From IMG/VR virus record IMGVR_UViG_3300021387_000082, positions 1 to 36,894 of that record: DNA of 36,894 nucleotides; one strand, written 5' to 3'. This DNA comes from a virus. The position numbers and the translations under genes were made by a program. Below the pieces are notes generated by a model. It was not told where the DNA came from. It made no database searches and saw only the letters and a program-made list of their open reading frames with translations. Of the stretch, positions 1 through 7,840 are shown one piece after another; the first letter of the stretch is position 1; each line of letters begins with the position of its first letter.

Positions 1-107
1 TATTTCGTCAGATTGCGCGTCAGACGCAAAATGTGAGAATAGGTGGCACAAAACGGCCAATTCTTTACCCGATAACGGAAGGGAGGTTCTTGCAAAGGAT
101 AAATTAG
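1..107. repeat. Terminal direct repeat copy A (assembly overlap of a circular or terminally redundant molecule)
   Basis: Bases 1-107 (tatttcgtcagattgcgcg...ggataaattag) are identical to 36788-36894. Confidence 0.95.
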
Positions 108-943
108 GTAACACCTTACTTGCGAGGTATGATGGTGAGGGTTGGGATGTTAGTGTGTATGATGATGAGGACTATCGTTGCCATAATGGTATTTCTAAAT
201 GGTGCGAAATCCCTTCGGAAAAGCAGAAAGAGCACCAGAATAATTCTGATGCTCCGGAAAAAACTCTTGGACGGGATTTGACTTTTCCGCAAGACAAAGA
301 TAATGATTTAGATGAAATTGCACAAGATTATGTAGATGGTGTGAAGGAGTATAATTCCGAACCTACTTGGGACTTGATGCAAACCGCTGTATGTTATGGA
401 TACCATCTTGGAGCAAATCATCAAGTTCTTGATAATGAACATTTGCTTTCAGCAATCCAAGTCCAATTTGCATCTCACGCTAAGGTTGAAAATGGAAAGA
501 GATATGCAAAACTAACTTGGGATGAGTTTAAGAAAATTATCTTTGAACTTTATAGCTGTAATAAGCAGAAAGAGCAGAAGCCCGCGGAGTGGGATGAACT
601 TCAATCAGAATTCAAAAACATAAACGAAGCGTTTGAAGATGGGAAGAAGGAAGTAATTGATCATCCCGAGAAATATTGCCTATGCAAGTCCGCAGAGTGG
701 AGCGAGAAGGATGAGGACAAACTGGAGCAGTGTATCAAAATAGTCAGCGGTTGGGAGGGAGATTATGATATTGTAAAATCACCTTATTCTAATTTCCTCA
801 AATCCCTCCGTCCTTCTTGGAAGCCCAGCGAGGAGCAGATGGATAGACTCTCGTCTATTATAGCAGCATTGCGTAAAGATTATTGTGATGATATGGCAGA
901 CTTCCTTGCCAATCTTTATGCTGACCTCAAGAAACTGATGTAG
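2..943 (+). CDS. C-terminal part of the junction-spanning ORF (starts at 36555). DUF551-like segment, function unknown.
   Basis: Frame 2 is open from base 2 and continues the ORF opened by ATG 36555 once the overlap is collapsed (233+943 nt = 392 codons). Track ORF 155..943 is only its GTG-truncated tail. The peptide RWHKTANSLPDNGREVLAKDKLGNTLLARYDGEGWDV...ISKWCEIPSE resembles DUF551. Confidence 0.6.
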   Translation: MSSDCASDAKCENRWHKTANSLPDNGREVLAKDKLGNTLLARYDGEGWDVSVYDDEDYRCHNGISKWCEIPSEKQKEHQNNSDAPEKTLGRDLTFPQDKDNDLDEIAQDYVDGVKEYNSEPTWDLMQTAVCYGYHLGANHQVLDNEHLLSAIQVQFASHAKVENGKRYAKLTWDEFKKIIFELYSCNKQKEQKPAEWDELQSEFKNINEAFEDGKKEVIDHPEKYCLCKSAEWSEKDEDKLEQCIKIVSGWEGDYDIVKSPYSNFLKSLRPSWKPSEEQMDRLSSIIAALRKDYCDDMADFLANLYADLKKLM

Positions 944-945
944 AT

Positions 946-1389
946 ATGGACAAGATAGAAAAGATACGCAAGGAGATTGAACGGTTGAAATCAACAAATC
1001 CGAGCGAATATAACTACCAAAATGCAGAGGGTTATATTTGGGCACTGGATGACCTCCTTTCCTTCCTTGACACCCTTTCGGAAGAACCTGTATGCCTTTA
1101 TGATGGAGAAGCTCCCAGCAAGCAGAAGTGTGGAGATTGCACGATTGCTTGTAGTGTTAGGGTAGAGGAAGAACCCAACAAGAGTCTGGAGGAAGAAATC
1201 AATAGGTATCTTGAGCCTATTCACGCTGCCGACATTCAGTTTGAGCCATTCACGCAAATGACAAAATGCGCCCGCCACTTCGCGGAGTGGGGCAGGAAGC
1301 AAGTTCTTCAAGAAATCTATGAAGGGAAAGTCGAACCAGTTGACAAGATAACTGCCGCATGGCTTGATGATGAATCAAAAGACAAGTAG
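946..1389 (+). CDS. Hypothetical protein (147 aa)
   Basis: ATG lies 2 nt after the preceding stop. The ORF has protein-like composition and tight packing. Confidence 0.6.
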   Translation: MDKIEKIRKEIERLKSTNPSEYNYQNAEGYIWALDDLLSFLDTLSEEPVCLYDGEAPSKQKCGDCTIACSVRVEEEPNKSLEEEINRYLEPIHAADIQFEPFTQMTKCARHFAEWGRKQVLQEIYEGKVEPVDKITAAWLDDESKDK

Positions 1390-1398
1390 AACAAGTAA

Positions 1399-1644
1399 AT
1401 GGAACAAGAAACATTATTCAATCTTCTCACGGGACAATACGGAGAAATCCTCGAAACCCATGCAATGTGGGAGTGCATTTCCGCTCTTGGGGTTAAGCCG
1501 TTCAAAGATGGGAATCAGTGGTGCTTCCTTTACGGCGAGAACATTCAAGAAGGGATCTGTGGATTCGGCGAAACTATATTTAAAGCCGCATGGGATTTTT
1601 ACACAAACATTAAAACGGAAGAAGCAAGGCTGGAGGACAAGTAA
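1399..1644 (+). CDS. Hypothetical protein (81 aa)
   Basis: ORF with ATG start. Its stop abuts the next start (TAAATG). Confidence 0.6.
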   Translation: MEQETLFNLLTGQYGEILETHAMWECISALGVKPFKDGNQWCFLYGENIQEGICGFGETIFKAAWDFYTNIKTEEARLEDK

Positions 1645-1872
1645 ATGAGCAAGACAAAACGAGGGGGCGCACGGCCCGGAGCGGGCCGACCCCTGCAAGG
1701 AACAGGACGAAAGAAAGCCGCCGCGATAATGCTGACCCCGGAAGGCTGGGCGGCGCGTGAACACCTCCGGGATGCCGGGCTGGATGTCAATGGAATGGTA
1801 GACGCCTTTCTCCGGCGGTACTTGCCGGATTCAAAAGAAATGACTACCTTTGCACCATCGCGTAATTCATAA
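1645..1872 (+). CDS. Small basic putative DNA-binding protein with an N-terminal RGGARPGAGRP motif
   Basis: MSKTKRGGARPGAGRP... is a motif common at N-termini of small phage DNA-binding proteins. It is the last gene before a strong terminator and the att/int region. Confidence 0.5.
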   Translation: MSKTKRGGARPGAGRPLQGTGRKKAAAIMLTPEGWAAREHLRDAGLDVNGMVDAFLRRYLPDSKEMTTFAPSRNS

Positions 1873-1894
1873 GGCGCGAGTGTTAAAGGAAAGA

Positions 1895-1930
1895 GCGGGG
1901 CGGGCCGGGAGGTTCGCCCCGCTTGTTCTT
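1895..1930 (+). terminator. Rho-independent-type terminator
   Basis: 8-bp GC stem gcggggcg (1895-1902) / cgccccgc (1915-1922), followed by ttgttctt. Confidence 0.6.
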
Positions 1931-2106
1931 CGCAGTTTTGGTCACGATGATGTCATACTTCTCCAGCCCGAAATCCGTAAATAGTTAGCACCCAACCTCC
2001 CGGCAGGGTGCTAACGCAATTCTAACCTAATCTCTCCCCCGCGCCCGGGTGCGCGTGCGCGGAATCCTATTCTACCATCCTATGGCCGTCCATCCGAATC
2101 GGGAAA
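1931..2106. other. Putative attP region
   Basis: 176-bp non-coding stretch immediately upstream of the integrase. It holds a perfect 9-bp inverted repeat TTAGCACCC-N12-GGGTGCTAA (1985-2014) and direct repeats ATCCTAT (2064-2070 and 2077-2083). Confidence 0.4.
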
Positions 2107-2148
2107 GTGACCCTTGATGGATTCAAAATTTATCACTATTTTGTCAGA

Positions 2149-3384
2149 ATGATAACCTTCAAACCCATCGTAATCCCCGGCAACCGCCGGAAGGACGGCA
2201 CATACCCCGTCAAAATTCGCGTCACGTTCCGGGGTAAGACCCGGCGGCTGGCCACAACACTTGTAGCCCGGCAGACAGACCTTTCCCGGTCATTACATAT
2301 CAAGTCCCCGGACATACTCAACCGGGCAAACGAACTGATAAAGGAGATGCGGGCGGCGGTGTCCGACCTCTCCCCTTTCGTCATTGAGGGCTGGGATGTG
2401 GACAGGGTGGTGGCGCACATACATACCAAACTGCGGGAGGAAAACTTCGCGCTGGACTTCTTCGCGTGGAGCGATTCGTACCTGTCTCGAAAATCGCCCA
2501 GCACCCGGCGGGCCTACGATATGGCACTCCGGGCTTTCGATCGGTTTCTTGGGAGACGGACGATAGATATAAACGACATCACGAAAGCCCTACTGCTGGA
2601 CTTCGTGGAGAAGAACGACTCGGAAACCAAGATGCAGTACAACCCCCGGACGGGGGAATGGATTGATACCGGGAAACCGAGGAAGGGCGGTGCGAGTTCC
2701 CGGCATCTGGCCAAACTCGCCCACTTGTTTAACGCCGCGAAGCAAAGGTACAATGATGATGACAAGATACTGATTCCGCGCAGTCCGTTTGATGCCATCC
2801 CCAAGCCCGTCCCTCCATCCGAGGGAGCGCGTGCGCTGACCGCCGAGGAATTGCAGATGGTCATTGATTCCGGGCCTGACTTCGCCCGCGACATCTTCCT
2901 CCTTTCCTTTGCCACAATGGGCGCGAATCTCGCGGATATGTACGCCGCCAAACCCCAACTATCCCGCTGGGTCTATAACCGCCGCAAAACGGAACACAGG
3001 CGGCAAGACGGGGCGATTATGAAGGTGGATATTCCCGGCGAAGTGTCCGGGATTATTGGGAGGTTACAGGCTGGCCCGGCGGGATGGTGGATCCCGGCCC
3101 TGCATCGGTACTCCACCTGTAACGGCTGCACCGCACGGGTGAACGCCGGGTTGAAAGAATGGGCCACGGAAAACCACCTCCCTGACACGGAACATATCTC
3201 CTTCTATTCGGCCCGGAAAACGTGGGCTACGATTGCCCGGAAACTTGGTGTAGAAAAGGCCACGATAGATGAGTGCCTGTGCCACGTTGGGGACTATCGG
3301 ATGACGGATATTTATGCGGAAAGAGATTTCGACTTGATGAACGCCGCGAACAGGAAGGTGATAGAATCCTTCCGCTGGCCGTAA
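2149..3384 (+). CDS. int: Tyrosine recombinase / phage integrase with a Bacteroidota-type Arm DNA-binding N-terminus
   Basis: MITFKPIVIPGNRRKDGTYPVKIRVTFRGKTRRLAT is Arm-domain-like. The C-terminal catalytic region reads ...FYSARKTWATIA...CLCHVGDYRMTDIYAERD (R..H..Y). ATG 2149 is preferred over the track's GTG 2107. Confidence 0.85.
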   Translation: MITFKPIVIPGNRRKDGTYPVKIRVTFRGKTRRLATTLVARQTDLSRSLHIKSPDILNRANELIKEMRAAVSDLSPFVIEGWDVDRVVAHIHTKLREENFALDFFAWSDSYLSRKSPSTRRAYDMALRAFDRFLGRRTIDINDITKALLLDFVEKNDSETKMQYNPRTGEWIDTGKPRKGGASSRHLAKLAHLFNAAKQRYNDDDKILIPRSPFDAIPKPVPPSEGARALTAEELQMVIDSGPDFARDIFLLSFATMGANLADMYAAKPQLSRWVYNRRKTEHRRQDGAIMKVDIPGEVSGIIGRLQAGPAGWWIPALHRYSTCNGCTARVNAGLKEWATENHLPDTEHISFYSARKTWATIARKLGVEKATIDECLCHVGDYRMTDIYAERDFDLMNAANRKVIESFRWP

Positions 3385-3467
3385 CAAAATCGGGTCAAGA
3401 TCTATTTATGGATAGAAGCAGGGGAATTTCTTTTCTCATTGTTTTAATGGGTTAGATTGGTTATAGT

Positions 3468-3500
3468 CCGGGGATGCAGCGATGCACCCCCGGTTCTATT
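3468..3500 (+). terminator. Terminator after the integrase
   Basis: Hairpin ccgggg-a-tgca-GCGA-tgca-c-ccccgg (3468-3493), followed by ttctatttt. Confidence 0.6.
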
Positions 3501-3551
3501 TTAAGATGAAGACTTTTTCATTTGTGGATTGTTTTTTAGGTTTCAAAGATG

Positions 3552-3573
3552 CGGGCCGCAGGGATGCGGCCCG
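3552..3573 (-). terminator. Terminator of the leftward repressor transcript
   Basis: Perfect 9-bp stem cgggccgca / tgcggcccg with loop GGGA. It lies 7 nt beyond the minus-strand stop at 3580. Confidence 0.55.
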
Positions 3574-3579
3574 TATTCG

Positions 3580-3708
3580 TTAACTCTGTACGGGTTCCTT
3601 CTCCGACAGGAGGAATAGGAGGTCTACCAGCCGGAGGATGAGTTCGGGGTGTTGCTCAATATCGGGGCACTCCCGGATGGCCCTTTCGAGGGGTGATTCA
3701 CTTTCCAT
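3580..3708 (-). CDS. Possible small ORF (42 aa) downstream of the repressor
   Basis: The internal ATG of track ORF 3580..3843 gives MESESPLERAIRECPDIEQHPELILRLVDLLFLLSEKEPVQS. It overlaps the repressor stop by 11 nt and ends just before the terminator. Confidence 0.3.
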   Translation of the reverse strand: MESESPLERAIRECPDIEQHPELILRLVDLLFLLSEKEPVQS

Positions 3709-4081
3709 TACGATAGAAGTTTTTTTCCAAGTTCGACCCGACCCCGACCGAGATACCAGCCCGGCGGAGAATGTCGGAGAGGTCTGCGATGGCCCGGGCC
3801 ATATTGTTATACAAGTCCAGAGTTTCGGCGGGGATAACGACATCGGGCCGCTTCTCCTGCTTGGGCAGTTCCCCGCCGGGAAAGGTGCGTTCTTCCCACC
3901 GCTGGGCCTTTGTGATAAGGGATTTTGTTAGATGTTTCTCCGAGCCATTCAGCGCCGACGATATGCCGGACACGTTCATTTCAAGAGCCTCTGCAAACTC
4001 CTTGACTGTCTTAACTACCCCCAGCCCCAGGGCCTTGCGGTAGATGGAAGTCAAAATTTCTAATCTTTCTTCGTGTGACAT
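3698..4081 (-). CDS. CI-like HTH repressor
   Basis: This is the only leftward gene and is divergent from the early operon. LGVVKTVKEFAEALEMNVSGISSALNGSEKHLTKSLI looks like a phage CI-repressor-type HTH. Confidence 0.7.
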   Translation of the reverse strand: MSHEERLEILTSIYRKALGLGVVKTVKEFAEALEMNVSGISSALNGSEKHLTKSLITKAQRWEERTFPGGELPKQEKRPDVVIPAETLDLYNNMARAIADLSDILRRAGISVGVGSNLEKNFYRNGK

Positions 4082-4194
4082 AATGGATTGATTTTGTGGT
4101 TGTTTTCTATGGTTTTCAAACTTTCATCGAAATTTTTTAGATGAATCGTTGAATTATTCAAAAATAATATATATATTTGCATTGCATTTACATA
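4082..4194. promoter_or_regulatory. Divergent switch region with back-to-back Bacteroidota-type -7 boxes
   Basis: AT-rich region. TATATTTG (4172-4179, + strand) matches TAnnTTTG. CAAAAATA (4159-4166) reads TATTTTTG on the - strand. An inverted repeat TGAAT-N9-ATTCA lies at 4142-4160. Confidence 0.55.
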
Positions 4195-4392
4195 ATGATA
4201 CGAAAAAATATGAGAAAAACGAACTCGATTAGAAGTCAGATAATCGCCTTGCAGAAGGGCGGGCAGATTATCTTCCGGGGTGTCCACGAAGGGACTTTGC
4301 GGAACACCTGCTCGACCATCGCCAACCTTTGCGACAAGACATTCTCGGTCAGCAAGAAGGGTGACACGTTTATCGTAAACCGCTATGAATAA
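4195..4392 (+). CDS. Hypothetical small protein, first gene of the early operon
   Basis: ATG 4195 (or 4210) lies downstream of the predicted transcription start. The track start at 4177 sits inside the -7 box. Confidence 0.5.
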   Translation: MIRKNMRKTNSIRSQIIALQKGGQIIFRGVHEGTLRNTCSTIANLCDKTFSVSKKGDTFIVNRYE

Positions 4393-4642
4393 TTCCGAGG
4401 TTGCACAGGTGGTGGCAGTTGTCCTTGAACAACTGGGATTAACTGCCGGGGAAATGTCCCAGCGGCAGGCCAAAAAGGTCTACGGGGGTTACTTTGTGGA
4501 ACTCGTTAAGGCCGGAAGAATCACCCCTGTACACACGGAGAAAGGCCACGCCGGGACGAAGTTCTACCGGGTCGCGGACATCCTCTCCTGCAAGGCCGAG
4601 GACACAAGAAAAGCACAACTCCTTAATACTCATACCTTATGA
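4385..4642 (+). CDS. HTH_17/excisionase-like DNA-binding protein (Cro or Xis candidate)
   Basis: GEMSQRQAKKVYGGYFVELVKAGRITPVHTEKGHAGTKFYRVADI resembles MerR/excisionase-type HTH proteins. It has an 8-nt overlap with the previous gene. Confidence 0.45.
   Translation: MNNSEVAQVVAVVLEQLGLTAGEMSQRQAKKVYGGYFVELVKAGRITPVHTEKGHAGTKFYRVADILSCKAEDTRKAQLLNTHTL
4622..4641 (+). promoter_or_regulatory. Pre-start box, copy a
   Basis: cttaatactcataccttATG. Confidence 0.5.
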
Positions 4643-4803
4643 AAAAGATTTACAACACTCTCGCAGTTCTCGCAATTATTGCGGGGCTTGCCCTCTCCGT
4701 CATCGCCCGCTGGTGGGTCGTTTGGCTGGTTGCCTTCCCGCTCCTGTACGCAGGTGCAATCTCCCTCATTAAGATAAATACGCATTGGATTGAAAAGTAT
4801 TGA
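4639..4803 (+). CDS. Small membrane protein (54 aa), missing from the ORF track
   Basis: ATGA overlap with the upstream stop. MKKIYNTLAVLAIIAGLALSVIARWWVVWLVAFPLLYAGAISLIKINTHWIEKY has two hydrophobic helices. It is preceded by the conserved pre-start box. Confidence 0.55.
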   Translation: MKKIYNTLAVLAIIAGLALSVIARWWVVWLVAFPLLYAGAISLIKINTHWIEKY

Positions 4804-4805
4804 AA

Positions 4806-5015
4806 ATGAAAAACGAGATACGAAGAATCCTTGCCGGGCAAGCGGATAACATTTCCTTTGAGGAAAAGAACGGGAATATCCTTGTGAACCTTGACTGCTA
4901 CGCCATCGCCGGGTACGCCGCGAAGGAGATTGCAGACCTCGCACGGAAGAACGACCGCACTTGCGTTTTCACCATCCAAGCCATTAACAACCCGCACCTC
5001 CAGATTGTCTTATGA
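4806..5015 (+). CDS. Hypothetical protein (69 aa)
   Basis: ATG 4806 lies 3 nt after the previous stop. The track's TTG 4800 start is less likely. Confidence 0.6.
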   Translation: MKNEIRRILAGQADNISFEEKNGNILVNLDCYAIAGYAAKEIADLARKNDRTCVFTIQAINNPHLQIVL

Positions 5016-5536
5016 GAACCTGCACCAATATAGCCCTCGCCGACGGGATGCGATCGATAGTATTCACTATTAAGGCCGGGCGGCAGACCGAGGAAATCAC
5101 AATGCGACTTCCCGAAAAGCACTTCAAGGGCGGGGATTTCCGGCCCTCCATCACTACGAAGGTGCTGGACACCCTCTTGGAAGCCGTCTATCCGGGAATG
5201 ATCGAGCAAGTGGAGTTATTTAAGAGATTCCGCACGGAGGTAAGAAATAACGCCCTGCTAATTAATTCCTCCCCGGCCCGATTCCGAGACACCCTCGAAG
5301 GTCTGCAGAACCTTATCGAACTCGGTCAGCAGATTACCCCGGAGGGCGAGGAAGCCTACCTGTTCTACCGCTCCGCGCTGATGAAGATGAACTCCTTTGC
5401 CAGCGGTTCGGAATCCGATGAACTTCCCGAGGTCGTACAGGCCCGCCGGGAAGCCTACGAATTGAAGAAAGCCGAAACCGGGAAGAAGAATATCTCCCGG
5501 GCAATCGAAACCCACAAAGCAAACCACGCAAAATGA
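5012..5536 (+). CDS. Hypothetical protein (174 aa)
   Basis: ATGA overlaps at both ends. Confidence 0.65.
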   Translation: MRTCTNIALADGMRSIVFTIKAGRQTEEITMRLPEKHFKGGDFRPSITTKVLDTLLEAVYPGMIEQVELFKRFRTEVRNNALLINSSPARFRDTLEGLQNLIELGQQITPEGEEAYLFYRSALMKMNSFASGSESDELPEVVQARREAYELKKAETGKKNISRAIETHKANHAK

Positions 5537-5913
5537 ACTACGCCCCGTCAAGATACCAATTCCGCAGCGACCTCGAATTTGAGACTGCGATGAACGAATG
5601 GCTGGCCGAGAACGAGCCGTCCTATATCGTTACCCGATTCAACTACGATACCCTTAAATGGGAGCAGCATCACTTCAATTTCCTGTTTGAAGCGATGGCA
5701 GACTTCCGGCAGGGACAGAAAGACCAGCAGGAGCACCAAGATGTGCGAAAACCCGCCATAGAGACGCATTACCCGTCCGCTTGGGGAAATATACCGATGC
5801 GGTATTCAAGGCCCGGAGAATCGAAAAATAGCGGGCAATACGGCGGGAATCCCGACAACCTCCCCGGCGGGTCACGGAGTGACTACCGAATGGCTGGATA
5901 CAACAGATACTAA
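5533..5913 (+). CDS. Hypothetical protein (126 aa)
   Basis: ATGA overlap at the start. It contains one copy of the 15-mer AGAATCGAAAAATAG. Confidence 0.6.
   Translation: MNYAPSRYQFRSDLEFETAMNEWLAENEPSYIVTRFNYDTLKWEQHHFNFLFEAMADFRQGQKDQQEHQDVRKPAIETHYPSAWGNIPMRYSRPGESKNSGQYGGNPDNLPGGSRSDYRMAGYNRY
5817..5831 (+). repeat. 15-mer AGAATCGAAAAATAG, copy 1 (intragenic)
   Basis: Exact match. Confidence 0.9.
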
Positions 5914-5915
5914 CC

Positions 5916-5936
5916 CTTTAACATTCATATCTTATG
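5916..5936 (+). promoter_or_regulatory. Pre-start box, copy b
   Basis: ctttaacattcatatcttATG. Confidence 0.5.
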
Positions 5937-6584
5937 GAACAAAAGAAATCCGTTTTCGCAGTATTGAACGAAATCAACTGCAATGACCACACCGAGCAGA
6001 AGAAGGCCGGGTACTCAACTCTTACTTATCTCTCTTGGGCTTGGGCCTGGCAAATCTGCAAGCAGAATTTCCCCGATGCCACCTATACCATCTACGAGAA
6101 TGACAAGGGGTGGAACTATCACACCGATGGCCGGACGGCTTGGGTCAAGACCGGGGTCACGATTAACGGGCTGGAGCATATCGAATACCTCCCGGTTATG
6201 AACTCCCGGAATCAGTCCATTATCCTTGACGATGTGACAAGTTTCGATGTCAATAAAGCCATCCAGCGGTCACTCACCAAAGCCCTCGCCCGGCACGGCT
6301 TGGGCCTGTACATCTACGCCGGGGAGGACTTACCCGATGCCGCCGACGATGAAGCCCGCGCCGAGGTTAAGAAGACCCGCCAGCAGCACAAGAAAGATGC
6401 GATACAGAACTCCGAGTATTGGGCTATCGTCCGGGCCTACGCCAGCGGTAAGCCCACGAAGTCCGGCGGTGATTATCGGCAGACTTGGATAGAGAACTAC
6501 AACCCGAGCCAAGAGGACATCGCCAAGTTCGACGCAGATGTGGAAGGATATAAGGCCGCACAGGCCGGGCAAGCAATCCTGTAA
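5934..6584 (+). CDS. Rad52/Sak-type single-strand annealing protein (DUF1071-like)
   Basis: LTYLSWAWAWQ...VKTGVTINGLEHIEYLPVMNSRNQ...FDVNKAIQRSLTKALARHGLGLYIYAGEDLP matches the Sak/DUF1071 signature as I remember it. Confidence 0.7.
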   Translation: MEQKKSVFAVLNEINCNDHTEQKKAGYSTLTYLSWAWAWQICKQNFPDATYTIYENDKGWNYHTDGRTAWVKTGVTINGLEHIEYLPVMNSRNQSIILDDVTSFDVNKAIQRSLTKALARHGLGLYIYAGEDLPDAADDEARAEVKKTRQQHKKDAIQNSEYWAIVRAYASGKPTKSGGDYRQTWIENYNPSQEDIAKFDADVEGYKAAQAGQAIL

Positions 6585-6587
6585 ACG

Positions 6588-7352
6588 ATGGGGAAAAATT
6601 CACATTCTTTCAGTGTAGACCTTGCCAAAGAGATAGGGCTGGCCGAAGCGCTTTTGCTCCAGCACTTCTACTTTTGGTATCAGCACGCCCGTAACCTCCC
6701 GGATATGCACCGGGAGGGGCGGGTTTGGTTTTTCCGCTCGGTCAAGGAAATGCGCGAGGTATTCCCGTACCTCTCCGACGCGAATATCCGCACCGCCATC
6801 CAGCACCTTATTGACCGGGGTTTGGTTGTTAAGGGAGACTTCTCCAGCGCGTCTATGTATAAGGCCACTTGGTACTCGCTGAATAATTCCGCGATTCAAG
6901 AATTCGATACTACACAATCGCAAAATCCATTTGTTGAATCAAGAAATGGATTTGTTGAATCCGGCAAATCTATAAGTAATAAGAACAAAGATAATAGGAA
7001 AGATAGTAGTAAAAAGAATAATATTATAGATTTCGATTTCCGTTCTCAATTACTGATGCTTGGTGTTTCGGAAAAGACCGCCGATGCGTGGCTGGCCGTC
7101 CGCAAGATGAACCGGGCCGCGAATACTGAGGTAGCCTTTGAGGGGATTGTCCGGGAAATAAACAAAACAGGACTACCAGCAGAAGAATGTATCCGTACCG
7201 CCGCCGAGCGCAGTTGGCGTGGATTCAAGGCGGAATGGATGCAGCCGAAAACCCCTACCCCCCAAGCCCCCCGTCCCCGGCAGGAGTCCGTCTATGAGCA
7301 CAACGCCCGCGTGTGGGCGGAAATGTTTGGCCCTAAACCCGACGAGCAATGA
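6588..7352 (+). CDS. Replisome organiser / replication initiator (winged-helix N-domain, DnaD-like C-domain)
   Basis: LAEALLLQHFYFWYQHA...VKEMREVFPYLSDANIRTAIQHLIDRGLV resembles a phage rep-organiser N-domain. A low-complexity linker is encoded by an AT-rich iteron patch. Confidence 0.55.
   Translation: MGKNSHSFSVDLAKEIGLAEALLLQHFYFWYQHARNLPDMHREGRVWFFRSVKEMREVFPYLSDANIRTAIQHLIDRGLVVKGDFSSASMYKATWYSLNNSAIQEFDTTQSQNPFVESRNGFVESGKSISNKNKDNRKDSSKKNNIIDFDFRSQLLMLGVSEKTADAWLAVRKMNRAANTEVAFEGIVREINKTGLPAEECIRTAAERSWRGFKAEWMQPKTPTPQAPRPRQESVYEHNARVWAEMFGPKPDEQ
6927..7045. repeat. Candidate origin of replication: iterons plus an AT-rich tract inside the initiator gene
   Basis: ATTTGTTGAATC occurs at 6929-6940 and 6950-6961 (21-bp period), followed by a roughly 80-bp strongly AT-rich tract. 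Confidence 0.45.
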
Positions 7353-7840
7353 ACGAAGTTACTATCTACCAGCAGCCGCAGAACGTTTCCCTTGTGGATA
7401 TGCGGGCCGATTCAAGACGATTCCCCCGGCTGGCCACCATTGACCAAGAAACGGCCCAGCACCGCTTGCAGGGTATCGTCGCAATGGCCTACACCTATAC
7501 GGGCAGACAATACCAGCCCGCAGACCTCACCCTTGTCGCGCACGGCCTGTATACCGAGTTAATGCTGGACGAGGACGGAGTGGGAACGAAGAATATCTCC
7601 GTTGAAGAAATCGGCTACGCCATTCGCCGGGCCATCCTTTCCACCGAGATGTACGGAATTAACGTGGTCAGCCTGTACAAAGCAGTCCGATCCTATTGTG
7701 TCGGCGAAGGGCACTACGCCCAGCAGCAGGCCAATGAACGTCGGGCCGCTGAACGGAAAGCCCAACTGAAAGCATCCGCCCCCGGGGCGATGCTGGATTC
7801 TTATGCCGGACAAATGTTACTTAACACTCATACCAAATGA
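7349..7840 (+). CDS. Hypothetical protein (163 aa)
   Basis: ATGA overlaps at both ends. The C-terminal codons are dictated by the pre-start box (LLNTHTK*). Confidence 0.6.
   Translation: MNEVTIYQQPQNVSLVDMRADSRRFPRLATIDQETAQHRLQGIVAMAYTYTGRQYQPADLTLVAHGLYTELMLDEDGVGTKNISVEEIGYAIRRAILSTEMYGINVVSLYKAVRSYCVGEGHYAQQQANERRAAERKAQLKASAPGAMLDSYAGQMLLNTHTK
7819..7839 (+). promoter_or_regulatory. Pre-start box, copy c
   Basis: acttaacactcataccaaATG. Confidence 0.5.

Noticed and set aside
1381-1647. Short repeat ACAAGTAAATG at two gene junctions (1391-1401 and 1637-1647).
   Set aside because: It is only 11 nt and is explained by similar C-terminal codons (DK*) plus a start codon. That is too little evidence for a separate element.
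4060-4473. 137-aa minus-strand ORF across the switch region.
   Set aside because: It spans the AT-rich divergent promoter region and lies antisense to the first early genes. It is incompatible with the promoter layout.
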